DNA from: a virus
Direction: 5' to 3' (one strand)
Virus record (IMG/VR): IMGVR_UViG_3300042542_005394
Coordinates: 49,003 to 113,002 of that record
Length of the DNA stretch: 64,000 nt
The notes beneath the pieces are model-generated. The model saw only the letters and a list, made by a program, of their open reading frames with translations, ran no database searches and was not told the origin of the DNA. A program made the position numbers and the translations under genes. This document shows positions 10,223 through 20,622 of the stretch, in pieces (the stretch's first letter is position 1; the number at the start of each line of letters is the position of its first letter).

Positions 10223-10928
10223 TTTCGAAAGAATCTAAACGATGAATAATTTTGCCGATAATTGGATTTCTAACAATATCAGATGATGTTAATTTTGCAA
10301 TACCTATACCTTCAACACCTTCAAGAACGCTCATCATATTATAAAAGCCGCCCTGCATGTGTCTATGTAAATCTGATTGGCTGGTATCTCCTGTTACAAC
10401 CATCTTGCTATTCATGCCAATTCGAGTCAATAACATTTTAAGTTGATCATAGGAAGCATTTTGACATTCGTCAGCAACAATAAAGCAATTATGAAAGTTT
10501 CGCCCTCTCATTAAGCCCAATGGTACAATCTCTATTTTGTTATTGATTTTCAGATTAGCATATTGTGCTGCTGGAATAAAATAATTTATTTCATCTAGTA
10601 AGGGCAGTAGATATGGATGAAGTTTTTCTTCAGCACTTCCGGGTAAGTATCCTAATTTTTCTCCAGATTCTACTACTGGCCTTGTAATAATAATCTTTTT
10701 AACTTTTTCATCTAATAAATACTCTAGAGCTAAACCTACGGCTATATGACTTTTGCCGCTACCAGCTACTCCTTGACAGAAAGTTATAACGTTTTCTGCT
10801 ACGGTTCTGATGTATTCCTTTTGATTATCTGTTCTTGGTTTTAGTCTGTTTCTATAAGCATCTGGCATCCTGATTTCGTTTGTTGCGTCTATAACTTTAC
10901 TTTTCTTCTTATTGGGTTTTTTTCTCAA
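10203..10928 (-). CDS. phoH: PhoH-family ATPase
   Basis: GVAGSGKS, RPVVESGEKLGYLPG, MRGRNF, DECQN, GDTSQSD. Confidence 0.95.
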   Translation of the reverse strand: MRKKPNKKKSKVIDATNEIRMPDAYRNRLKPRTDNQKEYIRTVAENVITFCQGVAGSGKSHIAVGLALEYLLDEKVKKIIITRPVVESGEKLGYLPGSAEEKLHPYLLPLLDEINYFIPAAQYANLKINNKIEIVPLGLMRGRNFHNCFIVADECQNASYDQLKMLLTRIGMNSKMVVTGDTSQSDLHRHMQGGFYNMMSVLEGVEGIGIAKLTSSDIVRNPIIGKIIHRLDSFENENKTQ

Positions 10929-10974
10929 GTTAGGCCCTTTATTAATAGAATTAGTAAAACCAATGCATATTAAA

Positions 10975-10981
10975 ATACACC
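10975..10981 (-). promoter_or_regulatory. GGTGTAT motif (candidate phage-specific promoter) upstream of phoH
   Basis: Same motif recurs in many intergenic gaps at a similar distance from start codons. Confidence 0.55.
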
Positions 10982-11001
10982 GTTAATAAAGGCTATTTAT
11001 A

Positions 11002-11370
11002 TTATTTTAACACAAAATTCTCTAGATTTGGAGCTTTCCATCCCTCTGGTTTTAGCACCTTGCCGTCCTCTCTTTTCTTTACTTTTCCTGTTACAGAATC
11101 AATCTTGTCAAAATTGGTACGCATTACCTCATCCCAACCAGCTTCTCCATTTGCTCCCATACTATTGATAGCTCCCACAGTAACTACTATTATATCTATT
11201 AGAGCATCTAGAATTTCAACTCTGTCATTAGCGTCTATAGCCTCTTGTAATTCTTGAGTTTCTTCCTTGATCAAAGTATGATACATATTTAACTGCTTTT
11301 CATTAAACTCACATACTGTCTGATCACAAGCCACCATAAACTTAGTCTGGTCCTGAAATACGTTTCCCAT
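11002..11370 (-). CDS. MazG-like NTP pyrophosphohydrolase (dUTPase-like)
   Basis: EETQEL..EILDALID..EVMRTNFDK..DGKVLKP. Confidence 0.88.
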   Translation of the reverse strand: MGNVFQDQTKFMVACDQTVCEFNEKQLNMYHTLIKEETQELQEAIDANDRVEILDALIDIIVVTVGAINSMGANGEAGWDEVMRTNFDKIDSVTGKVKKREDGKVLKPEGWKAPNLENFVLK

Positions 11371-11397
11371 AATTTACTTTTGTCCTTTCATGATTGA

Positions 11398-13047
11398 TTA
11401 TGATTCACAACTACTACACGTTAAAATACTTCTAGCTAATTCCTGAGCAGGATTGCTCGATCTCTGATAATAAAATGTCTTAATTCCATTTTCCCATCCA
11501 AAAATCAATAACTCGCTCACTTCTTTAGCCGGACAGTTTGGAGGTATCATTAAGTTAAGAGATACTGCCTGATCTATATATTTCTGACGTTGTATATTTT
11601 GAATAACAATTTCTTTCTGACTTATTTCGCCAAAAGTCTTAAAGATATTTTTTTCTTCTTGTGTGAGAAAATCTAAATGCTGAACACTACCACCCCTAAC
11701 AAGAATATCTTTCCATACTTCTTCTGTGTCTTGATTTTTGTCCTTTAGGAGTTTTTTAAGGTATGGATTTTTGTATGTGAAACTACCTTTAGCCAGTTTC
11801 TTCACAAAGTAGTTACTATTTAAAGGTTCGATGGATGGACTCACTTGCCCTAAAATAAAACTACTGCTCGTAGTGGGCGCCACAGCGACTGTGGTGACGT
11901 TTCTACGTCCATAGCCCTTGAGCAATTCTGGCTCTCCATACCTATGAGCTAATTCTACAGAAGCCTTGTCTGCCTTAGATTTTATTGTTTTCCATACGTC
12001 TACATTTAAAGCTTTTGCTCCCATAGACTCAAAAGGAACCATCTTAGACTGTAATAATGAATGCCAGCCAAGAACCCCCATACCTAATGCTCTTTGGTTT
12101 TTAGCAAAATTATGAGAAGACTCCATAAATTGACTATTAGCAGTTTTTCTAATGAACTCCTCATTGACTGCATCAAGAAAATATACTAAAGTTTCTATTG
12201 CGTCTGTTTCCTTGATCTCGTCCCAATGCAATAAATTAAGACTAGACAATACACAAACAAAACTATTATCCTCATCAGAAAATAGTGTAATTTCTGAGCA
12301 TAGATTTGATGACTTAATTTTTAGTCTTTTGTCTTTATATGGCTGAGGAGCAACATTGTTAACATTATCGCTAAACATAATATATGGATAGCCTGTCTGA
12401 AATCTCTTTTGAATTATTTTTGCCCAAATTTTTCTTTTTTCTTTGTCTCCATTAACCATATCTTTCATCCACTCATCACCTATGGTAACACCAATACTCA
12501 TATTTTGAATGGGATGACCCTCACTGCGTATTTGTAGAAACTCTTCTATATCAGGATGTTCTACAGGAAGATATGCAGCAAACGAACCTCTACGAGCAGA
12601 GCCTTGGGACACAACCTCAGCAACCTTGTCAAATAACTCCATAAAATGCACAGGACCACTACTTTCTCCACCAACACTTATCTTAGCTCCTCTAGCTCTA
12701 AGATCTCCAAAATAACCACTGGTGCCTCCACCTAATTTGCTCATCATACCAACTTCTGCTACTTTATTCAATATGCCATCCATAGTATCTGGAATATAAG
12801 AATTAAAGCAGGAAACTGGAAGCCCTCTATCGTTGCCAAAATTAGTCCACACTGGGGTTGCTAGACTATAGAAACCTCTACTCATATAGTCTTCGAATTT
12901 GTCAGCAAATCCTTCTGTGTTTAGGATAGCTTGAGCCGTTTCGGCAATTTGTCTAACTCTAGTTTCCGGAGTTATTCCTTCTTTAAGATATCCTCTTTCC
13001 AAGAAAATGCGACTATGAGAGTTAAGCCAGTAATATTTTTTATTCAT
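11398..13047 (-). CDS. nrdA: Ribonucleotide reductase class I alpha subunit (no ATP cone)
   Basis: VSCF, SNLCSE, FVCVL, APTTSSS, TFYY, C-terminal CSSC. Confidence 0.95.
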   Translation of the reverse strand: MNKKYYWLNSHSRIFLERGYLKEGITPETRVRQIAETAQAILNTEGFADKFEDYMSRGFYSLATPVWTNFGNDRGLPVSCFNSYIPDTMDGILNKVAEVGMMSKLGGGTSGYFGDLRARGAKISVGGESSGPVHFMELFDKVAEVVSQGSARRGSFAAYLPVEHPDIEEFLQIRSEGHPIQNMSIGVTIGDEWMKDMVNGDKEKRKIWAKIIQKRFQTGYPYIMFSDNVNNVAPQPYKDKRLKIKSSNLCSEITLFSDEDNSFVCVLSSLNLLHWDEIKETDAIETLVYFLDAVNEEFIRKTANSQFMESSHNFAKNQRALGMGVLGWHSLLQSKMVPFESMGAKALNVDVWKTIKSKADKASVELAHRYGEPELLKGYGRRNVTTVAVAPTTSSSFILGQVSPSIEPLNSNYFVKKLAKGSFTYKNPYLKKLLKDKNQDTEEVWKDILVRGGSVQHLDFLTQEEKNIFKTFGEISQKEIVIQNIQRQKYIDQAVSLNLMIPPNCPAKEVSELLIFGWENGIKTFYYQRSSNPAQELARSILTCSSCES

Positions 13048-13072
13048 TGTTATTTCTATTATAATCCTTCAA

Positions 13073-14044
13073 CTAAAATAAATCATTAGCATCGAAACTT
13101 TGAGAATGTTTAGCATACTCCACAGGACGACTATGGAAAAAATCTGTCATGTTATTACCTAATATTTGTTCATCAAACCAAGATGTTTTTGAGATTATTT
13201 CCTTGTCAGCTTCAAAAATAGCATCGTACCCTATTTGTTTTAAAGACTCATTCATCCTATTCTTTATGAATTCTTTGAGGAGATCAGAGCTAAGTTTCTC
13301 ATGGTCGTATCCATTTACTATCCACTCTATAATTTGACACTCATACTTGATGGCATCTTTGGCTTCGTGTTCTATTTTAGCTTTCAGTTCCTCATCAAAC
13401 AGCTCAGGATGTTCGCTTTTGATCGTGTTTATAATTTTAATACCAATCATAGCATGAAGGTTTTCTTCTCTGCTGGTATATTCTACTTGTTTGTTAGTAT
13501 CTTTCAACAAGTTTTTATATCTGCCAAAAAAGCTAATAGTATAAAACTGAGAGAACAAAGCAATGTTTTCTACAAACAAAGTAAAAAGAATTAGTGAGTA
13601 AATAAATTGTTTTTTGTTGTTATCATGAAATTTATGTAGATGTTTGCGTAGATAATTTACTCTGCCCTTAATGATATCTAATTTGAGAATATCATCGAAA
13701 GCATCATCTATGCCTAAGACTTCTAGCAGTCTCTCATAGGCATCTCCATGAATGACTTCCACATTAGCCATTACATAACCCATATCATTAATACTTGGGT
13801 GAGGCAGATTATCTCCCAATTTGGCCCAAAACTTTTTGACACTAATTTCTAGTTGGCCTATTGTTGATAATGCTCTTATAACTATCTCTCGTTCTTGATC
13901 GGTCAAATTAACTTTAAAATCTTGAGTATCGCTACTAAAATTAAACTCTTTATCTGTCCAGAACCCGTTGTGCATGGCCGTTATGAATTCTTGTGTCCAA
14001 GGATAATTGTCTGGTTTGCGAGATATTTGTTCTTCAAAAATCAT
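13073..14044 (-). CDS. nrdB: Ribonucleotide reductase beta subunit (class Id-like)
   Basis: QLEISVKKFW, EVIHGDAY, VENIALF, EENLH, DFF. Confidence 0.93.
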   Translation of the reverse strand: MIFEEQISRKPDNYPWTQEFITAMHNGFWTDKEFNFSSDTQDFKVNLTDQEREIVIRALSTIGQLEISVKKFWAKLGDNLPHPSINDMGYVMANVEVIHGDAYERLLEVLGIDDAFDDILKLDIIKGRVNYLRKHLHKFHDNNKKQFIYSLILFTLFVENIALFSQFYTISFFGRYKNLLKDTNKQVEYTSREENLHAMIGIKIINTIKSEHPELFDEELKAKIEHEAKDAIKYECQIIEWIVNGYDHEKLSSDLLKEFIKNRMNESLKQIGYDAIFEADKEIISKTSWFDEQILGNNMTDFFHSRPVEYAKHSQSFDANDLF

Positions 14045-14085
14045 ATAAGCACCTTTTGTGGTCGGATTATGGGAATACGTTCCAT

Positions 14086-14092
14086 ATACACC
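14086..14092 (-). promoter_or_regulatory. GGTGTAT motif upstream of nrdB
   Basis: Recurrent intergenic motif. Confidence 0.55.
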
Positions 14093-14147
14093 GCGACCGT
14101 ATTCAGTATACTAGAGTTTCTGGTGTTCTGGGGAAGGTCGAAATTTT

Positions 14148-14960
14148 TTATTTGATTGTGTGTGGAGTTGGAACTCTTTTATCAAAGACCTGATTGTACC
14201 AAAAATGGTATTGATATTTATTACCGTCTCCAACATCAAATAAACATACCGATTGATCAATGCTAGAAACTAATCCTGGCCACATTTCTAAACTCAGTAG
14301 GTGATTGTGCGGCTTATACCAATCATCTTGGAATAGTATATCTGCATCGAACCAAAAAAAGGTACCAGAATAGTGAAAACAACTATTGAAATAGCAGTCT
14401 TTGTCTGTTCTTAAACAACCAATAAAATTATATAATTTAGATTCTATTTTGGGTTTGACAAGATCAAAAAATAAATCAATATTATATTTCCATAATGTAT
14501 TTACCCAACAAGTTACGGCATAATCTTTTTCTGGATGAGAACATCCTTTCCCATGACCAAAAAATACAAAATTCTGTTCTTCATCATTTTTTAATAGGCT
14601 TCGTAATAGCGGAGCAGATTTATCAAAAAAGTGTGACGATTCTTTGGTGGTTGATGAGTTAATACATGGTATGATTATGGTTCTCGGATCATATAATTCA
14701 TCTACAATCTTCTGAAACATAATATTATTATGGAACTCATTATTTGGGCTAGATACTGTTATTATTTTATAACCATTGAAAATATATAAATTTTGTTTTA
14801 ATTTGGCTATGGCATAATGTATTTTTTCATGATTCACACAATGAAGATGAAATATAAAATGATAATTTATATTATTTTGACTATTATCTAACGTTGCAAA
14901 ACTAGTATTTTCTTTTGTATTTTTGCATAAAAATTTAAACAACATGACTTCTACACTCAA
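14148..14960 (-). CDS. Putative glycosyltransferase-like protein
   Basis: FFGHGKG and HYSGTFFW motifs; lies in the glycosylation island. Confidence 0.55.
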   Translation of the reverse strand: MSVEVMLFKFLCKNTKENTSFATLDNSQNNINYHFIFHLHCVNHEKIHYAIAKLKQNLYIFNGYKIITVSSPNNEFHNNIMFQKIVDELYDPRTIIIPCINSSTTKESSHFFDKSAPLLRSLLKNDEEQNFVFFGHGKGCSHPEKDYAVTCWVNTLWKYNIDLFFDLVKPKIESKLYNFIGCLRTDKDCYFNSCFHYSGTFFWFDADILFQDDWYKPHNHLLSLEMWPGLVSSIDQSVCLFDVGDGNKYQYHFWYNQVFDKRVPTPHTIK

Positions 14961-16068
14961 TTAAATTTTTAACCATAATTGTGTAGATATCTAACTTAAA
15001 AGTTCCTGTTTGATTGTTATTTTTTATCATGGTTGGTAACCTAGCTAATAACCCAAAATTATTTTCATTAATTTTATTAGCGTCACATAGTATAAGCACG
15101 CTATCATTTGTTAAAATATTATCTATATTTTCAAAAAAATGTATTTTATTCCGTAAGTTAATTTTTGTATTTTTTTGTTCTTCTTTTAAGTAGTCAACAT
15201 ATAAATTAGACAAATTTTTATGTATATAAATATTATTACACCATGGTTCTATTAGCTCTAATATCTGATCATTACAATTATTTATTGCTATTGATGTCGA
15301 GTATTTAGGTCCTTTGAGTGTTGATCCCCATTTTCTAATAAAATTTCTATTTGACCGATATTCTATTTCTGAAGAAGTATTCATAAATTCATCAGAAAAT
15401 CTTGATGTTTTACTAACAAAATGGTAAGACAAAGCGTCTTTTGATGTAATAAGTTTTAAATTATTTGCTTCTAATCTCCATATTAAGTCAATATCTTCAG
15501 CAAACATTGGGTAAAAAAGAGTATCAAATCCTCCCACTTTTTCAAATGTCTCTTTACTTAAGGCCATAAAAAATGAACACCCTGCTTCTACTTGATCGAG
15601 ATATTCATGTTGATAACTTTCACAAAACTCATAGAACTTATTTGTGTCGATATTACCAACATTGTCACCGAAATTATTTAATACCTTACCAACTGAGGTA
15701 TTATTAAAAATTGGTGGCTCAACAACAGTATAAGAAACGACAGAATTATCATTAAGATGCTTATGTATATTTTCTAGAAATTTTGGACCTACAATCATAT
15801 CATTGTGTAAAAAAACAACGTACTTATTAGTAGATAATGATACTGCTTTATTATATGTTGTTGCTAAGCTGGCGTTTTCATGACTATAGTAAATTTTAAC
15901 ATTACTATCTTTGGTAGCTATTTGTTTTAACCATTTATGTGTATAGTCAGTACTACCATATGATACTAAACATATTTCTGTATCTGGATACAGCTTTCTG
16001 AAAGTTTGGTAAAAATATTTAGTATATTCTAGATTATTTTTAAGACCGACTATTGTTGAAATATTCAT
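14935..16068 (-). CDS. Glycosyltransferase family 2
   Basis: GSTD, YNKAV, FLHNDM, GGFD..F..EDIDL. Confidence 0.9.
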   Translation of the reverse strand: MNISTIVGLKNNLEYTKYFYQTFRKLYPDTEICLVSYGSTDYTHKWLKQIATKDSNVKIYYSHENASLATTYNKAVSLSTNKYVVFLHNDMIVGPKFLENIHKHLNDNSVVSYTVVEPPIFNNTSVGKVLNNFGDNVGNIDTNKFYEFCESYQHEYLDQVEAGCSFFMALSKETFEKVGGFDTLFYPMFAEDIDLIWRLEANNLKLITSKDALSYHFVSKTSRFSDEFMNTSSEIEYRSNRNFIRKWGSTLKGPKYSTSIAINNCNDQILELIEPWCNNIYIHKNLSNLYVDYLKEEQKNTKINLRNKIHFFENIDNILTNDSVLILCDANKINENNFGLLARLPTMIKNNNQTGTFKLDIYTIMVKNLIECRSHVV

Positions 16069-16153
16069 TTTATTATTAGGTTTTTAACTAGATAGTTCAT
16101 TGACTTTTTTTATTATAGAGAAGCATCCAAGTAAAACAAGAATAGGAATATTT

Positions 16154-16528
16154 ATGGATTTTATACAAAAAAAATGGGGATATGAAATTTGGATAGAGAA
16201 TAATAGCTTGTATTGCGGCAAGCATTTACATGTGGTTCCAAATCGCTGGTGTTCAGTACATTATCATAAGAATAAAAAAGAAACTTTTTATGTTATTAGT
16301 GGCACATTAAAGCTACAATACTCTACTTCACTAGATAAAGAAGAATGGAAAACAAATCCCGAAGAACACTTAGTAAAAAGCATCATTTTAGAAAAGGGTC
16401 AATCCTTTACTATTAATCCCATGACAGCGCACAGATTTACTGCTCAATCACATTATCCTTGTGATTTTATAGAGATATCAACATTTCATGAGGATTCTGA
16501 TTCTTATAGAATAATAGAAGCTATATGA
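16154..16528 (+). CDS. Cupin-fold sugar isomerase-like protein
   Basis: KKWGYEIW, SVHYHKNKKETFYV, HRF, EIST; start refined to MDFIQ. Confidence 0.8.
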   Translation: MDFIQKKWGYEIWIENNSLYCGKHLHVVPNRWCSVHYHKNKKETFYVISGTLKLQYSTSLDKEEWKTNPEEHLVKSIILEKGQSFTINPMTAHRFTAQSHYPCDFIEISTFHEDSDSYRIIEAI

Positions 16529-16821
16529 TATACTATGTAGATATTGATAATACAATCTGTTTGACAGAAAATAGTGACTATGACAACAGTAGTCCATTAT
16601 ATGATAGAATCAGAGCAATAAACAACCTATATGACCAAGGACATACAATAGTTTATTGGACAGCGAGAGGGTCTAAAAGTAATAGAGATTGGTCTGAATT
16701 AACTAAAAATCAGTTGGACTTTTGGGGATGCAGAAGACATAATATATTATTTAATAAACCTCATTATGATCTGTATATAGATGATAAATCAATAAATTCA
16801 GAAAGTTTTTTCAATGAATAA
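16525..16821 (+). CDS. Small HAD-superfamily phosphatase
   Basis: DIDNT, WTARG, KP..DLYIDDK. Confidence 0.8.
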   Translation: MIYYVDIDNTICLTENSDYDNSSPLYDRIRAINNLYDQGHTIVYWTARGSKSNRDWSELTKNQLDFWGCRRHNILFNKPHYDLYIDDKSINSESFFNE

Positions 16822-17572
16822 AATTGCTGTGATAGGAGAATCTTGTATAGATGAATATGTTTATGGGATATGCGATAGGGTTTGCCCGGAAGCTGCCGCT
16901 CTGTGTTTCAAAACCAGTGAGGAAAAAAGATCTAATATGGGCATGGCACATAATGTATATAACAATATATTAGCAATGAATACGGATTTGGATGTTACTC
17001 TAATAACAAATAATACTACTATCATTAAAAGAAGATTTATAGACTATAGATATAATACTATAGTATTTAGAGAAGATATCAATGATTCATGTGAGCCTAT
17101 CGATATTAAACAATATGATTTTGACTCATATGATGTTATAGTATTCTCTGACTATTGTAAAGGATTTTTATCTGAAACAAGTATTATTGACATATGTAAA
17201 AAAATTAAAAAATCCTGCTATGTGTTTATAGATACAAAAAAAAAGATTAAAGATTTTATTAGATATGTAAGTTTTTTGAAGATTAATAGCACAGAATTAA
17301 AGCAGAATATTGTTGACATCGAAGATATTAGTAAATATTGTCGGGTAATTGTAACCAAAGGAGAGAATGGAGCTACTCTTTATGAGGGTAGTGTCGTTAA
17401 AAACTATCCAACAAAAAAAATAGAAGTAAGAGATGTTTGTGGAGCAGGGGATACTTTTATGGCTGGTCTGGTGGTTAAGTTCTTGGAAAACAAAGATATT
17501 GATGAAAGTATCAATTATGCTAATTTGTGTTCTTCCGTAGTGGTAGAAAAATTTGGGGTAACCACACCATGA
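16814..17572 (+). CDS. rfaE1: Heptose-7-phosphate kinase (HldE/RfaE domain I, PfkB family)
   Basis: VIGESCIDEY, RVCPEA, SDYCKG, DVCGAGDTF. Confidence 0.88.
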   Translation: MNKIAVIGESCIDEYVYGICDRVCPEAAALCFKTSEEKRSNMGMAHNVYNNILAMNTDLDVTLITNNTTIIKRRFIDYRYNTIVFREDINDSCEPIDIKQYDFDSYDVIVFSDYCKGFLSETSIIDICKKIKKSCYVFIDTKKKIKDFIRYVSFLKINSTELKQNIVDIEDISKYCRVIVTKGENGATLYEGSVVKNYPTKKIEVRDVCGAGDTFMAGLVVKFLENKDIDESINYANLCSSVVVEKFGVTTP

Positions 17573-17970
17573 AAAATATATGGGTCAATGGATGTTTTGA
17601 TATTTTACATGTAGGGCATATTAGACTTTTAAAATATGCTAAGTCTTTAGGAGATAGATTGATAGTTGGTATCGACAGCGATGCTAGAGTCAGTGAGATG
17701 AAGGGTCTAAATAGACCCATTAATTCTCATATATATAGAAAAGAAATGCTTTTGAGTATTAAGTGGGTAGATAATGTTGTGGTTTTTGATTCTGAAATAT
17801 CTCTGATAAAAGCTATTAAAAATCATAGTATATCAGTTATGGTAGTTGGAGATGACTATGTAAATAAAAAAGTAATAGGGTCAGAATATGTAGAATCATT
17901 AATTTATTTTTCAAGGATACCTAATATTTCTACAACAATATTATTAAACAATAATATTACTTCTGATTGA
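17569..17970 (+). CDS. rfaE2: Heptose-1-phosphate adenylyltransferase (HldE/RfaE domain II)
   Basis: NGCFDILHVGH, LIVGIDSD..KG..RPIN, GDDY, ISTT. Confidence 0.9.
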   Translation: MKNIWVNGCFDILHVGHIRLLKYAKSLGDRLIVGIDSDARVSEMKGLNRPINSHIYRKEMLLSIKWVDNVVVFDSEISLIKAIKNHSISVMVVGDDYVNKKVIGSEYVESLIYFSRIPNISTTILLNNNITSD

Positions 17971-18804
17971 TGTTTTATTGACATATTCTAGAATATTATA
18001 TAAATCTGATAAATCTATGTCGTTTATAGTGTATGATTCTATAGATATCTGATTATGATTTTTAGGTTGCCAATTAATAGCAGTTGTAGCACCTGAATAG
18101 AAGGAATAACCATAAAACCCAATAACTGGATGGTTATATGCTGACGCAGCCCATATCATTCCAGTATCAGCCGATATTAAAAATCTACTAGATAACATTA
18201 CTTTAACTGATTCAAAATATGTACCATTAAATTTTGTAGCTCCTTCTATTGTAGAATCATTTGGTCCACCAAGCTGGACAATAGGAAGATTGAATTGCAA
18301 AGCAAATTTTTGAACTTTCTCTAGTATTTTATGCGTTAAATTTTTTGGACTTCCAAAACTAGTAAAAGGAGCTATTGTTATATAATCTTGTCTACATATT
18401 TGTCCAGGAATATTTAATGAGAAGTCCATTTGTTCTTCCGATGGTTCTGGAAGATTGTGCATTAAACAGTTTTCTGTTGTCTGGTGCCTATGTAAATACC
18501 AGTTTATTTCTTTGTGTTTAGCATTTGGATCGAATACATGCAAATTTTTCCCATAGATATCTATGAGATTTTGTATCATGAATACATCTTGCTCTCCTGG
18601 CCAATCATCATATTTATCCCATACGATTATATCGTCTATGTGATCACTATGTAAAAATATTTCTTTACAGTCTGAAAACTTTTTATTAATAGAGTATATG
18701 AGTCTAGACTCTGGATATTTTTGTTTTAAGACTGAGGCCGCTGTTAAACCTATGAACAAATCCCCGTACTGTCCATGATTAAATCCTATAAAAGTTTTTT
18801 TCAT
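17944..18804 (-). CDS. Glycosyltransferase family 9 (heptosyltransferase-like)
   Basis: YGDL, VQLGG, ISADTGMIWAASA. Confidence 0.8.
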   Translation of the reverse strand: MKKTFIGFNHGQYGDLFIGLTAASVLKQKYPESRLIYSINKKFSDCKEIFLHSDHIDDIIVWDKYDDWPGEQDVFMIQNLIDIYGKNLHVFDPNAKHKEINWYLHRHQTTENCLMHNLPEPSEEQMDFSLNIPGQICRQDYITIAPFTSFGSPKNLTHKILEKVQKFALQFNLPIVQLGGPNDSTIEGATKFNGTYFESVKVMLSSRFLISADTGMIWAASAYNHPVIGFYGYSFYSGATTAINWQPKNHNQISIESYTINDIDLSDLYNILEYVNKTSIRSNIIV

Positions 18805-18813
18805 AAAAACTCT

Positions 18814-19350
18814 TCAACTTGATACTTTATTGTATACTGCCATCTCAAATCTGCTTCCAGTAAGATAAAATAAATCAAAAATAGGATATTCTAATCTTAA
18901 TGCTGAACCCTTACTATTAAAATCATCACATAAAATCACTGCTTGTGTTCTATCTATTTTATTAAACTGCCTAAGCATCTCTTGTGGATCATCTGATCCA
19001 TCTAAATATATCAAATCATATGTACTATCAGAGATATGATTATATGCGTCATCATTTAAAAAATTTATTTTCGCATTAATTCCATAAACTAATTTTTTGC
19101 AATTTTCGAGCGCTTGATTATCTATATCTATTATATCTAGTCTACCGCCATATTGTTCTATATATCTAGCCCAAAAAATACTACTCCATCCGTCCCCAAA
19201 TCTGGCTTGATCAGATAAATCTCTAGCTGCTCCTATCTCTAATATATTGACTGGATTATGATTAAACATGTCTAAACAATGTTTAAATATATGATCTCTC
19301 CCAGCTTCTGTTTTTATTAGATGGTCTATGTATTTATTTGCAGTTGTCAT
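18814..19350 (-). CDS. Class I SAM-dependent methyltransferase
   Basis: ILEIG, IDID, DLIYLDG, ILCDD. Confidence 0.8.
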   Translation of the reverse strand: MTTANKYIDHLIKTEAGRDHIFKHCLDMFNHNPVNILEIGAARDLSDQARFGDGWSSIFWARYIEQYGGRLDIIDIDNQALENCKKLVYGINAKINFLNDDAYNHISDSTYDLIYLDGSDDPQEMLRQFNKIDRTQAVILCDDFNSKGSALRLEYPIFDLFYLTGSRFEMAVYNKVSS

Positions 19351-19365
19351 AAGATAGAATAACTT

Positions 19366-19956
19366 TTATTTTGGTGTGTAGACCCCATATATTTCATCAT
19401 CATAGAATATTTGTAAATTATGAGTATCAGATAGAATATCTTGTATAAAATTAGAATTATCAAATTCTTTATTTGGTTTTAGATCTGTTCTTTTATTTTT
19501 TGAACACCATTCGCCATTATTGAGATAGACTCTTAAATCATCAACGAGTATAACGTCTTGGTGATTTTTTCTAAGTTTTTGTATCATTAATAGTTCTTCT
19601 TCTAATGGTAATCTTATTCTGTTAGGTTCATCACTACTATAAGAAGATAAGCCAGCATCAGCACCAGGATAATGAGCATCTAACCAAAAAATAATATTTT
19701 CTTCAATTGTTGGTAATATATCTGACATCGCAGATAGGCTATTATCTAGTTTAATTATTATGTTATTGATATTGTTGAACTTTTTGCTAACATTAGTATA
19801 TAGTTCTTGATTAATTTCTACAGATATTAATTTTTTAAATCCATATCTTTGTGCTGATACTAAACCGTCTCCTTTGTACGTACCTGTTTCAAAAAAGATA
19901 GTCGTATTATATTGTTTGATATATTGTTGTAAATTAAAATAATTAAGAGTACCCAT
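19366..19956 (-). CDS. Methyltransferase-like protein
   Basis: FFETGTYKG, SVEI, FWLDAH, ILVDD. Confidence 0.75.
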   Translation of the reverse strand: MGTLNYFNLQQYIKQYNTTIFFETGTYKGDGLVSAQRYGFKKLISVEINQELYTNVSKKFNNINNIIIKLDNSLSAMSDILPTIEENIIFWLDAHYPGADAGLSSYSSDEPNRIRLPLEEELLMIQKLRKNHQDVILVDDLRVYLNNGEWCSKNKRTDLKPNKEFDNSNFIQDILSDTHNLQIFYDDEIYGVYTPK

Positions 19957-19971
19957 TTGACTATCCTTTAT

Positions 19972-20622
19972 CTAAATATTAACGAATATATGAGGAGGAA
20001 TATTTTTAAATTTTTCTTCTGATTTTGGCCAGAGCATTTTTGAACTATCCCATCCTAAATTACGCAGTGTGTATACTACTTGCACAAAAGCCGCTTGGTG
20101 TATTCTTCTGTCCATAATTTCAAAAGCCATTTGTCGTAGAAAGGTATCAAAATTTTCTGGTGGATAAATTAATCCTGGATAAATAGTATTATGAGTAATA
20201 CTACTATGTGGTATAGTAATATATAAAATTCTTCCAGGCTTTAGGATTTGTTTGATCTCAAACAATAAATTGTATGGGTTGGTTACATGCTCTATGGTTT
20301 CTAAACAAAAGGCAATATCAATTGGTGCATTTTTTTCTAGAAATATTTCTGCAAATTTTGAATCAAGATTGGTAACAAAATATTCGCAAACTTCTGATGC
20401 TGCTTTGTTGTCGTATCCGTCCCATCCATAGAAGGTATTATTTTGATTTTTGGGTAGTCTATTAAATAGCATTCCATACCCGCATCCAAAATCACCAATT
20501 CTTAGATTGTTAAGTTCTTTTAACTTAAAATCTTTAACAAAATAGTCAAGCCTAAGTTGATGACTATTTTCATATACTTCTATAGGCTGTCTATCAAAAA
20601 AATTATAGTAGTTATTATTCAT
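19972..20622 (-). CDS. Class I SAM-dependent methyltransferase
   Basis: DFGCGYG, ETIEHV, LKPG. Confidence 0.88.
   Translation of the reverse strand: MNNNYYNFFDRQPIEVYENSHQLRLDYFVKDFKLKELNNLRIGDFGCGYGMLFNRLPKNQNNTFYGWDGYDNKAASEVCEYFVTNLDSKFAEIFLEKNAPIDIAFCLETIEHVTNPYNLLFEIKQILKPGRILYITIPHSSITHNTIYPGLIYPPENFDTFLRQMAFEIMDRRIHQAAFVQVVYTLRNLGWDSSKMLWPKSEEKFKNIPPHIFVNI

Noticed and set aside
1761-14193. Numerous short plus-strand ORFs in the track (also throughout 20-63 kb)
   Set aside because: They lie antisense to well-supported minus-strand genes and have no recognisable motifs; treated as shadow ORFs
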